A DNA stretch of 64,000 nt. Origin: an uncultured Bacteroidales bacterium (GTDB lineage: Bacteria > Bacteroidota > Bacteroidia > Bacteroidales > JAGOPY01). Where the stretch lies: contig CAZMOK010000009.1 in the NCBI GenBank assembly GCA_964567785.1, positions 224 to 64,223 of the forward strand. Reading direction: 5' to 3'. A program made the translations under genes and the position numbers. Each line of letters begins with the position of its first letter. Position 1 is the first letter of the stretch. Below the pieces are notes generated by a model. That model saw nothing but the letters and a program-made list of their open reading frames with translations. It was not told where the DNA came from and ran no database searches. Below are positions 43,419 through 52,700 of this stretch, one piece after another.

Positions 43419-44254
43419 TTGATTGTCTTTTTGTTTCAGACCTGCACGGTAAGGAAAGCAGGTACAGAAAATTCTTCAGTATTGTTGCGGATGAAAAGCC
43501 GGATGCAATATTCCTGGGGGGAGACCTTCTGCCACATGGCTTCAGCCGTACCTATGAAGGGGATTTTTTTGAGGATGTTTTTCTTTCAGGGTTCAGGAAG
43601 ATAAGGAAGGAGTCCCCGGGGGTCAGGGTATTCATCATCCTGGGAAATGATGACCCTATGACTGTCGAGCCACTGATGAAGAAATTCAGCCGGGAAGGTC
43701 TGTGGGATTACATTCATGGTGAGAAGAAGGTGCTGGAAGATTATAAAGTTTTCGGTTATGCCTTTGTGCCTCCTACGCCCTTCCGGTACAAGGACTGGGA
43801 AAGGTACGACGTTTCAAGGTTCGTGGATCCCGGCTGTATTTCTCCCGAGGAAGGGATAAGGACTACCGACCCTGGTGAAGATATTGAATATACAACCATA
43901 AAAGGCCATCTGGAAGAGCTTGCCCGGGATGAAAACCTGGAGAAAGCCATCTTTCTTTTTCATTCCCCGCCCTATAAATCTAACCTCGACAGGGCAGCAC
44001 TGGACGGCCAGATGGTTGATCATGTCCCGCTTGATGTACACGTTGGAAGCATTGCTATACAGAGGTTCATAGAAGAACGGCAGCCACTGCTTACCCTGCA
44101 TGGTCACATCCACGAATCTTCCTCAATAACAGGTGAATGGATGGAAAAGAATGGCAGGTCCCTTTCGGTCAGCGCTGCATGGGACGGCCCCGAACTCGCT
44201 GTTATTCGCTTCGACCTGGAAGACCTGGGCAATATATCAAGAAAACTGTATTGA
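43415..44254 (+). CDS. calcineurin-like metallophosphoesterase
   Basis: The motifs appear in canonical order: SDLHG, GGDLL, LGNDD, FHSPP and HGHIHE. The start overlaps the upstream stop (ATGA). Confidence 0.8.
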   Translation: MIDCLFVSDLHGKESRYRKFFSIVADEKPDAIFLGGDLLPHGFSRTYEGDFFEDVFLSGFRKIRKESPGVRVFIILGNDDPMTVEPLMKKFSREGLWDYIHGEKKVLEDYKVFGYAFVPPTPFRYKDWERYDVSRFVDPGCISPEEGIRTTDPGEDIEYTTIKGHLEELARDENLEKAIFLFHSPPYKSNLDRAALDGQMVDHVPLDVHVGSIAIQRFIEERQPLLTLHGHIHESSSITGEWMEKNGRSLSVSAAWDGPELAVIRFDLEDLGNISRKLY

Positions 44255-44310
44255 AAAAGAGTGATAACTCAAGGGGAGGAGCAATATGAAAATTGCCTAA
44301 TTTTACCCGC

Positions 44311-45840
44311 ATGGAAGAAATGATCCTCATCCTTGACTTCGGTTCCCAATACACACAATTGATTGCCCGCAGAATACGTGAACTGAACGTTTATTGTGAA
44401 ATTCATCCTTTCAACAAAATACCACAGCTGACTGATAACATCAAAGGTGTTATAATGTCGGGGAGCCCTTTTTCCGTGAGGGATAGGAAGGCGCCTGTGC
44501 CTGATCTGACCGGAATACGTGGAAAAGTGCCTTTACTTGGGGTTTGTTACGGCGCACAGTATCTCGCCCATTCCGACGGGGGGGAGGTTATGCCGTCCGG
44601 GATAAGGGAATACGGTCGCGCCAACCTTTCGCACAACGACCCCGACGAGTTGCTGATGCGGGATGTTTCGCTCGGCTCGCAGGTTTGGATGTCGCACGGG
44701 GATACAATCCTTAGCCTTCCCGGAAAATACCGGATAATTACCAGCACGAAAGATGTTAAAGTTGCCGGTTTTAAGATTCAGTCTGAAAAAACTTACGGCA
44801 TCCAGTTCCATCCCGAAGTTTACCATTCTGTTGAAGGCATGAACCTGCTCAGGAATTTTGTCGTAGATATTTGTGGTTGTGCTCAGAGCTGGACCCCTGA
44901 TCTTTTTATTGAGTCAACTGTTGAAGGACTGAAGCAAAAGCTTGGCAACGACAAGGTTGTCCTGGGCCTCTCCGGAGGCGTGGACTCCACTGTTGCAGCC
45001 GTCTTGCTCGACAGGGCCATACACAAAAACCTGCATTGCATTTTTGTTGACAATGGCCTGCTAAGGAAAAATGAATTCCACGATGTGCTTGAGTCCTATG
45101 TGGATATGGGACTTAACGTTACAGGTGTGGATTCCAGGCAGAAATTCTACCGGCGTCTCAAGGGAATTGAGGATCCGGAGGATAAACGAAAGGCCATCGG
45201 CAGGACCTTTATTGAGATCTTTGATGAAGAGGCCCATAAAATAAAAGATGTGAAATGGCTGGCCCAGGGCACGATCTATCCCGACAGGATCGAGTCAGCA
45301 TCGGTCAACGGGCCTTCTGCCACCATTAAGTCGCACCATAATGTAGGGGGGCTTCCTGATATTATGAACCTTAAGGTGGTAGAGCCACTTGAGTCACTGT
45401 TCAAAGATGAGGTAAGAAAGGTAGGGGCAGCATTGGGTATCAAGGAAAGCCTCATAGGCAGGCATCCTTTCCCCGGGCCGGGACTGGCAGTAAGGATACT
45501 GGGGGTTATCACCGAGGAAAAGGTGAGAATGCTCCAGGAAGTGGATCATATATTTATTGAAGGTCTGAAGGAATACGGGCTTTATGATAAAGTGTGGCAA
45601 GCCCTGGTAGTGCTTCTGCCGGTTCACTCTGTAGGGGTGATGGGCGATGAACGGACCTATGAAAATGCCGTTGCCCTGCGTGCGGTTGAGTCAACCGACG
45701 GCATGACTGCCGACTGGTCGCAGCTTCCTTATGATTTCCTGGGTAAGGTATCTAACGAGATAATCAACAGGGTAAAAGGAGTTAACAGGGTTGTTTACGA
45801 CATCAGCTCAAAACCTCCTTCAACTATAGAATGGGAATAG
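44311..45840 (+). CDS. guaA: GMP synthase (glutamine-hydrolysing)
   Basis: GATase domain (LGVCYGAQ), ATP-PPase SGGVDS motif, and C-terminal dimerisation domain ending PPSTIEWE. Confidence 0.95.
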   Translation: MEEMILILDFGSQYTQLIARRIRELNVYCEIHPFNKIPQLTDNIKGVIMSGSPFSVRDRKAPVPDLTGIRGKVPLLGVCYGAQYLAHSDGGEVMPSGIREYGRANLSHNDPDELLMRDVSLGSQVWMSHGDTILSLPGKYRIITSTKDVKVAGFKIQSEKTYGIQFHPEVYHSVEGMNLLRNFVVDICGCAQSWTPDLFIESTVEGLKQKLGNDKVVLGLSGGVDSTVAAVLLDRAIHKNLHCIFVDNGLLRKNEFHDVLESYVDMGLNVTGVDSRQKFYRRLKGIEDPEDKRKAIGRTFIEIFDEEAHKIKDVKWLAQGTIYPDRIESASVNGPSATIKSHHNVGGLPDIMNLKVVEPLESLFKDEVRKVGAALGIKESLIGRHPFPGPGLAVRILGVITEEKVRMLQEVDHIFIEGLKEYGLYDKVWQALVVLLPVHSVGVMGDERTYENAVALRAVESTDGMTADWSQLPYDFLGKVSNEIINRVKGVNRVVYDISSKPPSTIEWE

Positions 45841-45905
45841 TATCAAAATATGGAATCTCAAAATATCAAGTGGTTCCTGACGTTCAGTATAAGAAATCGG
45901 GTTTC

Positions 45906-48263
45906 ATGATCAAGCAAAGGTTTTTTCTTCTATTCTTTCTCACACTGATGCTCTCTTTTTCCGGCTACTCACAGGTGGAGATCGAGAAATCGGAAGTCAC
46001 AAAAATGATCGATGGCAGGATGTACTACCTGCACCTGGTTGAACCGGGCCAGACACTTTATTCCATCTCCAGGGCATATGGTATCCCGCAGGATGAGATC
46101 ATATTTGAAAACCCTGATGCCGAATCCGGCCTGAATGCATACCAGAATCTCAGGATACCCGCAGTTAGCCGGGATGTTCAGATTGCCCAGAAGATCAGGT
46201 CGGAAAGATATGAATATGTGCTTCACATTGTTTCCAGGGGTGAAACGCTCTACAGTATTTCCAGGCGATATACCATTACCCTCGATGAACTGAAAGAAGC
46301 CAACCCTGGACTGACCCCAGATCTTAAGGTGGGCCAGTACATCCAGGTACCTGTCAGCGAAGAAAAAGAAGACATTGAGATTCCCGATAATGCAAAAGCT
46401 CATAATGTCCAGCCCGGTGAAACTTTCTACAGCCTCTCACAGGAATACGAGGTGCCCATTGAAAGCATCAAGGCCCTGAATCCCGGTGTGGACTATCCGG
46501 TGGCAGGAAACATAATTTATATCCCTTCGCCTGAACCCCAAAAAGTGGAGAAAAAAGTGGAGGCCGATTTTTACATGCATAAGGTAAGTCGGGGTGAAAC
46601 TCTTTACGGACTGGCAAGAAAGTTCATGGTACCCATCGACAGTATCCGTTCTTCCAACCCGGGAGTCATTGACAAGCTCAGTATTGGGCAGGAATTAAAG
46701 ATTCCTTTGCCCGATAAGGAAAAACAGTTTATTGAGCACAAAGTTGATGAAAGAAAGGCCAGGCTGCGCAGCATAGCTAAAATGTACGGGGCCGATGTGG
46801 GGCTTGTGAAGGATTTAAATCCCAGGCTTGGACGAAGGGTCTTTTATAATCAAACCGTAAAGATCCCTGTAGCGGGTGATGCCGAAATTCCGGAGCCTGA
46901 AATGGTTACAGTGATAGAAGAAAAGCCCCCCGAGGATTTTTTACCGGAGAGGCCTCCTGAGGCAGCCTGCGAGCCTTCAGAATATTCAGGCCGTAATTGC
47001 AAAGTGGCTTTAATGCTTCCCTTATATTTAGAAGAAGTAAAAGAAGCTGGCCCTGAATTCTTTGAGGTCACCGAACCCGGTTCCAATTACGAACCCTTCC
47101 GCTTCATCTCTTTTTACCAGGGTGCAATGCTGGCGATAGATTCATTGGGCTCGCTCGGATTAAATGTGGAGGTGTTTGTGTATGATGTCGACAGGGATAT
47201 TTCGAAAACCATCAAAGTGCTGCAGGATACAAAACTGCAGGAGATGGACCTGATAATAGGTCCTCTTTTCAGGACGAATTTTAATTATGTTTCGAATTTT
47301 GCAAAGATATTCGGAATTAAAATAATCAATCCATTCTCCAAAAGTAAGGAGGTCATCGACCAAAATGGACTGGCATTCAAGATGATGCCTTCTGAAAGCG
47401 AAGGTATTTACCAGGCAGCCGAATTTATCAGGAAAAAATTCAGCGATTACAGGATCATCCTTGTAAGAGGAAATAAATATCAGAATGCCGGTGAATTAAA
47501 CGAACTCAGGAGTATCCTGATCGAATCTGTTGAACCTTCATTTACTATGAACAATGCCCTTTTGAGCGGTATACTGGTGGATGAGTATATGCCACCTGAT
47601 CCGGACGAGGAATTTGAGATGCCCGAAACAGGTTATGCAGAAGGAAGACCGCTCAACCTTGCGGCCCTTCAGGATAATCCCGGAAGTTCAACAACCTTTA
47701 TCAACGACCTCCCTGAGGTTATCTTTGCTGCTGACAGCCTGGGCGGTATTGTGGAGAAGGCATCGGTCTTGAGGCCAAACCTGGTAGTCGCTTTTGCCGA
47801 GAGTGAGGTCTCTGCACTGGAACTGATGACGGCTGTAAATGAAGTGAAGGATTCACTGAACATTACCTTGTTCGGGCTTCCCGACTGGCAGTCATTCACC
47901 AACCTGGAGACACAGTATCTGCTCAATTTTAACACTCACATGCTATCACCCTCCTACATCGATTATTCGAGCACTGAGACTAAAGACTTTGTATCGGCTT
48001 ACAGGGAAAGGTACATTGACGAACCATCCTCTTTCGCCTTTACCGGGTATGATGCGGCTTTTTACTTCTTATCAGCCTTTATGAAATACGGGCCCGATTT
48101 TGAAAGTTGTATCCATCATCATCAAGAACAACTTCTCAGGACAAAATATATTTTCAGGAAACTGCCGGGAAGGGGATATGAAAACGTTTACTGGAATTTA
48201 CTCCGGTATGGCGATTATGAGATAGTACCTATCCCTAATGAAAGCCCTTACACTGGTTTGTAA
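45906..48263 (+). CDS. multi-LysM protein fused to a periplasmic-binding-protein-like domain
   Basis: The start at 45906 gives a signal peptide. There are five LysM-like repeats (e.g. YLHLVEPGQTLYSISRAYGI, HIVSRGETLYSISRRY, HNVQPGETFYSLSQEY, HKVSRGETLYGLARKF). The C-terminal half resembles type-1 PBPs. Confidence 0.8.
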   Translation: MIKQRFFLLFFLTLMLSFSGYSQVEIEKSEVTKMIDGRMYYLHLVEPGQTLYSISRAYGIPQDEIIFENPDAESGLNAYQNLRIPAVSRDVQIAQKIRSERYEYVLHIVSRGETLYSISRRYTITLDELKEANPGLTPDLKVGQYIQVPVSEEKEDIEIPDNAKAHNVQPGETFYSLSQEYEVPIESIKALNPGVDYPVAGNIIYIPSPEPQKVEKKVEADFYMHKVSRGETLYGLARKFMVPIDSIRSSNPGVIDKLSIGQELKIPLPDKEKQFIEHKVDERKARLRSIAKMYGADVGLVKDLNPRLGRRVFYNQTVKIPVAGDAEIPEPEMVTVIEEKPPEDFLPERPPEAACEPSEYSGRNCKVALMLPLYLEEVKEAGPEFFEVTEPGSNYEPFRFISFYQGAMLAIDSLGSLGLNVEVFVYDVDRDISKTIKVLQDTKLQEMDLIIGPLFRTNFNYVSNFAKIFGIKIINPFSKSKEVIDQNGLAFKMMPSESEGIYQAAEFIRKKFSDYRIILVRGNKYQNAGELNELRSILIESVEPSFTMNNALLSGILVDEYMPPDPDEEFEMPETGYAEGRPLNLAALQDNPGSSTTFINDLPEVIFAADSLGGIVEKASVLRPNLVVAFAESEVSALELMTAVNEVKDSLNITLFGLPDWQSFTNLETQYLLNFNTHMLSPSYIDYSSTETKDFVSAYRERYIDEPSSFAFTGYDAAFYFLSAFMKYGPDFESCIHHHQEQLLRTKYIFRKLPGRGYENVYWNLLRYGDYEIVPIPNESPYTGL

Positions 48264-48309
48264 GTTCAAATGGGGTGTTTTTTCATAAAAATATTTTTAG
48301 TTGAAATTT

Positions 48310-48966
48310 ATGATAATAAATAACTTTCGATATTCAATCCTGATCATTCTATCCGCATTACTTTTATCAGGGTGCAGCAGAACAGATGTTGAATATTATC
48401 CCGATGACAGGAAAAAATACGAGATCCCCTATGAAAACGGAGAAATTAACGGGCTTGCCAAGTGGTGGTATCCGAATGGCAGGCCTGAACAATTTGTGGA
48501 ATACAAGGACGGTAAACCACACGGCCAGTTCATAAGGTGGTATAACCATGGCGTAAAAGAATATGAAGAATATTACAAAAAGGGTGTTAAGGACGGCCTT
48601 AGCACCGAGTGGTCGAGAACGGGCATAAAGGTCAGTGAAAAGACATACAGGAACGATACACTCAACGGCCCATACAGGGAGTTTCATAACAACGGATACC
48701 TCAAATTGGAGGGGACCTACAAGGATGGGATGTGGCACGGGCAGTGGATATACTGGGACGACATTGGATTTGTAATAGGAACAGGGGAATTTGAAAGCGG
48801 CGACGGTCAAATCAGGTATTGGAACATGGATGGTGAGCTGATCAAGCTGGTTAATGTGGAGGATAATGAGAAGCACGGTAAAGAGATCCACTGGGATGAT
48901 GACGGAAACAAGACACTCGAAATAGTTTATGATATGGGAGTTATTGTAACTGAAGAAGAATTCTGA
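48310..48966 (+). CDS. MORN-variant (YwqK-like) repeat lipoprotein
   Basis: Lipobox LLSGCS. Repeated G.....W...G.......Y..G..hG units are present (NGLAKWWYPNG, GKPHGQFIRWYNHG, DGLSTEWSRTG, GMWHGQWIYWDD). Confidence 0.7.
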   Translation: MIINNFRYSILIILSALLLSGCSRTDVEYYPDDRKKYEIPYENGEINGLAKWWYPNGRPEQFVEYKDGKPHGQFIRWYNHGVKEYEEYYKKGVKDGLSTEWSRTGIKVSEKTYRNDTLNGPYREFHNNGYLKLEGTYKDGMWHGQWIYWDDIGFVIGTGEFESGDGQIRYWNMDGELIKLVNVEDNEKHGKEIHWDDDGNKTLEIVYDMGVIVTEEEF

Positions 48967-48994
48967 CAATTCTGACAATTTCTACATTATCTTA
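48959..48994 (+). repeat. nonamer tandem repeat overlapping a stop codon
   Basis: AATTCTGAC AATTCTGAC AATTTCTAC ATTATCTTA. The first unit contains the TGA stop of the MORN gene. Confidence 0.6.
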
Positions 48995-49088
48995 CCACAT
49001 CGAACTTCCTCAAACTACATCTTAAAAATAAATAAATCAGTTAATAACTTTTTCCTCCCTTTTTTCTTGGCTGTTAGAATATTAACAC

Positions 49089-49096
49089 TAATTTTG
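49089..49096 (+). promoter_or_regulatory. candidate -7 box TAATTTTG for gdhA
   Basis: Exact TAnnTTTG match 66 nt upstream of the gdhA ATG. Confidence 0.35.
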
Positions 49097-49099
49097 CAT

Positions 49100-49131
49100 T
49101 GTGAAATTATTAACAATGTTAATTTTTCACA
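49100..49131. promoter_or_regulatory. 32-nt imperfect palindrome (candidate operator) at the gdhA promoter
   Basis: TGTGAAATTATTAACAATGTTAATTTTTCACA has outer arms TGTGAAA/TTTCACA and inner arms ATTAAC/GTTAAT. It starts 4 nt after the -7 box. Confidence 0.4.
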
Positions 49132-49161
49132 TATTCAGGAACCCTTTAAAATTGAAGCGAG

Positions 49162-50499
49162 ATGAACGTTGAAAAAATCATGAATGACCTGGAGAAAAAG
49201 CATCCGGGCGAAACAGAATACCTTCAGGCTGTCCGTGAGGTACTCGAATCGATCGAAGAAGTTGTGAATGAACACCCGCAGTTTCAGGCTGCCGGGATCA
49301 TCGACAGGCTCATCGAGCCCGACAGGGTACTCACATTCAAGGTGCCATGGATGGGCGATGACGGAAAAGTACATGTAAACCTTGGCTACAGGGTGCAATT
49401 CAATAATGCCATAGGTCCTTACAAAGGTGGTTTGAGGTTTCACCCGAGTGTAAATCTCAGCATTCTGAAATTCCTCGGTTTCGAGCAGATATTCAAAAAT
49501 GCCCTTACAACATTGCCTATGGGCGGTGCCAAGGGTGGATCCGACTTCGACCCTAAAGGAAAGTCAGATGCTGAAATTATGCGCTTCTGCCAGTCGTTCA
49601 TGCTGGAACTTTGGAAATTGGTTGGTCCCAATACAGATGTTCCTGCCGGTGACATCGGAGTAGGGGGTAAGGAAATAGGTTATCTCTATGGGATGTATAA
49701 AAAACTGACCCACGAGCATACCGGGGTACTCACCGGGAAAGGGATAAACTGGGGTGGCAGCCTGATAAGGCCTGAAGCTACCGGATTCGGCTCTGTTTAT
49801 TTTGCACAGGAAATACTTGCCCTGCAAGGTGATTCAATTGAAAATAAGGTGGTGGCATTGTCTGGTTTCGGAAACGTAGCCTGGGGAGCAGCCAAGAAGA
49901 TCGAAGAGCTCGGAGGTAAGGTGGTTACCCTCTCAGGGCCTGACGGCTATGTTTACGACCCGGATGGTGTAAGCGGCGAAAAGATAGAATATATGCTCGA
50001 ACTCAGGGCATCCAACCAGGACATTGTGAAGCCCTACTCCTATGAATTTCCGGGTGCACAATTCCACCAGGGAAAACACCCGTGGGAGGTTAAATGTGAT
50101 GTGGCCATTCCCTGCGCCACACAGAATGAATTAAATGAAGAAGATGCCAAGAACCTCGTAAAAAACGGTTGCCGGGTTATTGCAGAAGGTGCTAATATGC
50201 CTTCAACACCTGAAGCCATTGAAGTTTTCCATGATAATAAGATACTCTTCGGGCCCGGTAAGGCAGTTAACGCCGGTGGCGTTGCCACTTCCGGACTGGA
50301 AATGGCACAGAACTCGATGAAACTCAACTGGCCGGAAAATGAAGTTGATGCCCGGCTGCACCAAATCATGAAGAGCATACACAATGTTTGTGTTCAGCAT
50401 GGTACTGAAGATGATGGCTATGTTAATTACGTGAAAGGTGCCAATGTTGCAGGATTTTTAAAAGTGGCAAATGCCATGCTCGACCTGGGAGTGCTTTAA
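49162..50499 (+). CDS. gdhA: NADP-specific glutamate dehydrogenase
   Basis: 445 aa with the GGLRFHPSV, LPMGGAKGGSDFDP catalytic-Lys motif and the GFGNVAWGAA Rossmann motif. Confidence 0.95.
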   Translation: MNVEKIMNDLEKKHPGETEYLQAVREVLESIEEVVNEHPQFQAAGIIDRLIEPDRVLTFKVPWMGDDGKVHVNLGYRVQFNNAIGPYKGGLRFHPSVNLSILKFLGFEQIFKNALTTLPMGGAKGGSDFDPKGKSDAEIMRFCQSFMLELWKLVGPNTDVPAGDIGVGGKEIGYLYGMYKKLTHEHTGVLTGKGINWGGSLIRPEATGFGSVYFAQEILALQGDSIENKVVALSGFGNVAWGAAKKIEELGGKVVTLSGPDGYVYDPDGVSGEKIEYMLELRASNQDIVKPYSYEFPGAQFHQGKHPWEVKCDVAIPCATQNELNEEDAKNLVKNGCRVIAEGANMPSTPEAIEVFHDNKILFGPGKAVNAGGVATSGLEMAQNSMKLNWPENEVDARLHQIMKSIHNVCVQHGTEDDGYVNYVKGANVAGFLKVANAMLDLGVL

Positions 50500-50517
50500 T
50501 TTTACATTTGGGTAGTA

Positions 50518-50552
50518 CAAAAGCCGCACCGGTTAACGGTTGCGGCTTTTTT
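50518..50552. terminator. bidirectional intrinsic terminator between gdhA and the SGNH hydrolase gene
   Basis: CAAAAGCCGCA-CCGGTTAACGG-TTGCGGCTTTTTT is a GC-rich stem flanked by an A run and a T run. Confidence 0.7.
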
Positions 50553-51099
50553 ATGTGCTTTCAACATAAGGCTTCAGCAGTTTGGCCCACAAATTATATC
50601 CTTCATGCGTAAGATGTGCACCGTCATATGTATAGCGGCTGTCCATCTGGCCCGAATCATTCAGAAAAGCACTGTGAAGATCGAGGAAGGTATATTTCTC
50701 ACCTTTGCAGTATCTTCGTAGCTGGTTATTTGTCTCGTGTATGACCGTGTTGAGATCTGTCCCGACCAACAGGTTGGTTTCATTGACCGGAAGTATGCTT
50801 TGCAGGAAAAATCCGGGTGTTTCCTTCAGCCGTTCCATTATTTCCGTGATGTTTGAAGTAACCTCTTCCGGTGAATATCCGTGAAAAAGATCGTTAATGC
50901 CAATCATCATAAAGATCCTCAGAGGACTTGAATTAACTATCTCATCAAGCCTGAACCTGACCTGGATGGTGGTATCTCCACTTATCCCCCTGTTTACAAG
51001 ACCGACCGTCGGGAAAAAATAATCCAGGTCGAAGCCTTCTGTTAAACTGTCGCCCAGAAAAACTGTGCTTTCAGTAGTTATGCGCTTGTTCTCGTACAT
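50551..51099 (-). CDS. SGNH/GDSL hydrolase
   Basis: FLGDSLTEGF (block I), GINDL (block III) and a C-terminal DGAHLT (block V). Confidence 0.8.
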   Translation of the reverse strand: MYENKRITTESTVFLGDSLTEGFDLDYFFPTVGLVNRGISGDTTIQVRFRLDEIVNSSPLRIFMMIGINDLFHGYSPEEVTSNITEIMERLKETPGFFLQSILPVNETNLLVGTDLNTVIHETNNQLRRYCKGEKYTFLDLHSAFLNDSGQMDSRYTYDGAHLTHEGYNLWAKLLKPYVEST

Positions 51100-51102
51100 A
51101 AG

Positions 51103-51801
51103 CTATTCAGTGGAAGAAATAAGGTATCTTGCCCCTGCTTCAGCATGAATCCTTAATGTATCGAAAGCCGGGACTTTAAGGTCGTCCTGTTTTATGATGA
51201 GTGGCAACTCTGTACATCCTAAAATGATGCCTCCTGACCCTCGGGATACCAGATCACTGCAGATGTCAAGCAGCCTTTCTTTTGTTTCTTTCTTGAATAT
51301 TTCGCGTGACAGCTCTTTGAATATTACCCTGTGGATGAACTTCATATCATCTTCACCAGGTATAAGAGAGTCAATGCCATTTGAAGAGAGCACATCTTTG
51401 TAGAAACTCTCTGTCATTGTGGGAAGGGTACCCAGCAGACCTGCCTTTTTCACTTTTTTTGATTTGATAACCTTGGCAGTTTCATGTGCAATATGCACGA
51501 AATCCAGTCCAGACCGGTCCGAAACGGCCCTGGCATATCTGTGAATGGTATTTGCGCAAAGCATCAATTTGTCTACACCCGCATTCCTGAGGGACATTCC
51601 TGCATCAGCCAGTATATTCTCAATGGCGCCAAAATCCTTCTTCTTCTGGTTCTCCACCAGATCATTGAAATTAATTGAATAAAGGATTATTTTACCTGAA
51701 TTGTTATCGCCAAGCTCCTTGTTCACTTCCTGGTTTATGATCTTGTAATAATCGAGGGTTGATACCCAGCTTGTGCCGCCTATAAGTCCGAGTGTTTTCA
51801 T
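51103..51801 (-). CDS. aspartate/glutamate racemase family protein
   Basis: LGLIGGTSWVST and ILGCTELPL bear the two catalytic Cys/Thr positions. 232 aa. Confidence 0.85.
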   Translation of the reverse strand: MKTLGLIGGTSWVSTLDYYKIINQEVNKELGDNNSGKIILYSINFNDLVENQKKKDFGAIENILADAGMSLRNAGVDKLMLCANTIHRYARAVSDRSGLDFVHIAHETAKVIKSKKVKKAGLLGTLPTMTESFYKDVLSSNGIDSLIPGEDDMKFIHRVIFKELSREIFKKETKERLLDICSDLVSRGSGGIILGCTELPLIIKQDDLKVPAFDTLRIHAEAGARYLISSTE

Positions 51802-51834
51802 GATAGTCTATTTTATGACATAAAGGTAATTATT

Positions 51835-51852
51835 ATGAGAGACGACGTCTCA
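51835..51852. repeat. 18-nt ATGAGAGACGACGTCTCA motif, copy 2
   Basis: Identical to 2352-2369. It lies 34 nt upstream of the racemase start codon. Confidence 0.7.
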
Positions 51853-51970
51853 GAAAATGCAAAAGCAGAAATCAGTTTAAAGATGGATATATGTCATAAT
51901 AGTCATATATTCAATTAATTATAACTAAACGTATGAATAGTAAGGGAAGTTTGTATAATTGATAATAACC

Positions 51971-51985
51971 GAGACGTCGTCCCTC
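51971..51985. repeat. GAGACGTCGTCCCTC, inverted degenerate copy of the motif
   Basis: The reverse complement GAGGGACGACGTCTC differs at one position from GAGAGACGACGTCTC. It lies just downstream of the lycopene cyclase stop. Confidence 0.6.
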
Positions 51986-51992
51986 CGGGACA

Positions 51993-52700
51993 TCATTTCC
52001 AGCTCAGCCTCGATTTGCCGGCCCTGCTCAAAAGGTACTCATAAATATTGATATTCATCAGGAATAGGGAAAGGAAATAAAAGAAGTCTTCCACAGGTAT
52101 GGTATACGCCCGGGTGGCCAGGTTTTCTGTGTTGTCATAGATCACGACGGGTAACGCCGTCAATATACCGTTTACCAGTATGAAGGGAATAATGTTGACA
52201 AAATAGGCAAGGTAAAAGCGAGAAAGATAGGTTTTGTAAGTCCCCGCAATCAATTGCAGAGCTAGCACTGCAGCCGCAAATGAATAGTTGATGAATGTAT
52301 ATACCCTGTCAATATGAGTTACGGCCAGGATCACCGAAAGGATCAGGAACGCGATAGTAAGCACCATTGCAGCTTTCGGAAAGTAAAACCTTTTAACAAA
52401 ATAATTCAGCACTTCATAAACGAACACACAGGCAAAAGGTACTGCAATAAAGAAAGACCATTCTTCCAGAGGGAGGCCGAGCAAATAGTAGCCTGTCACA
52501 TATTCCGGGTTGAATTCCCAGACCGAATTAGCCGTGAAGATGACATCCCAGATTATAAAGGGTATCATGGGAATTATGATTGCCACGGCAAGGTATTTCC
52601 ATTTCTTATAATAAGCTATCCTGTATTCAAAACTTCTTATCAGCGGTATCGACACTGTAAAAAGCATAAGCCCTAAATATGTATACTGGTCCCAACTCAT
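51993..52700 (-). CDS. lycopene cyclase domain protein (fused CrtYc/Yd type)
   Basis: 235-aa polytopic membrane protein with two similar halves. It occupies the terminal position of the crtI-crtB operon and overlaps crtB by 4 nt. Confidence 0.7.
   Translation of the reverse strand: MSWDQYTYLGLMLFTVSIPLIRSFEYRIAYYKKWKYLAVAIIIPMIPFIIWDVIFTANSVWEFNPEYVTGYYLLGLPLEEWSFFIAVPFACVFVYEVLNYFVKRFYFPKAAMVLTIAFLILSVILAVTHIDRVYTFINYSFAAAVLALQLIAGTYKTYLSRFYLAYFVNIIPFILVNGILTALPVVIYDNTENLATRAYTIPVEDFFYFLSLFLMNINIYEYLLSRAGKSRLSWK

Noticed and set aside
48367-48978. 203-aa - strand ORF covering the MORN-repeat gene
   Set aside because: It is antisense to a gene with a clear repeated MORN-variant pattern and lipoprotein signal, and has no motifs of its own.
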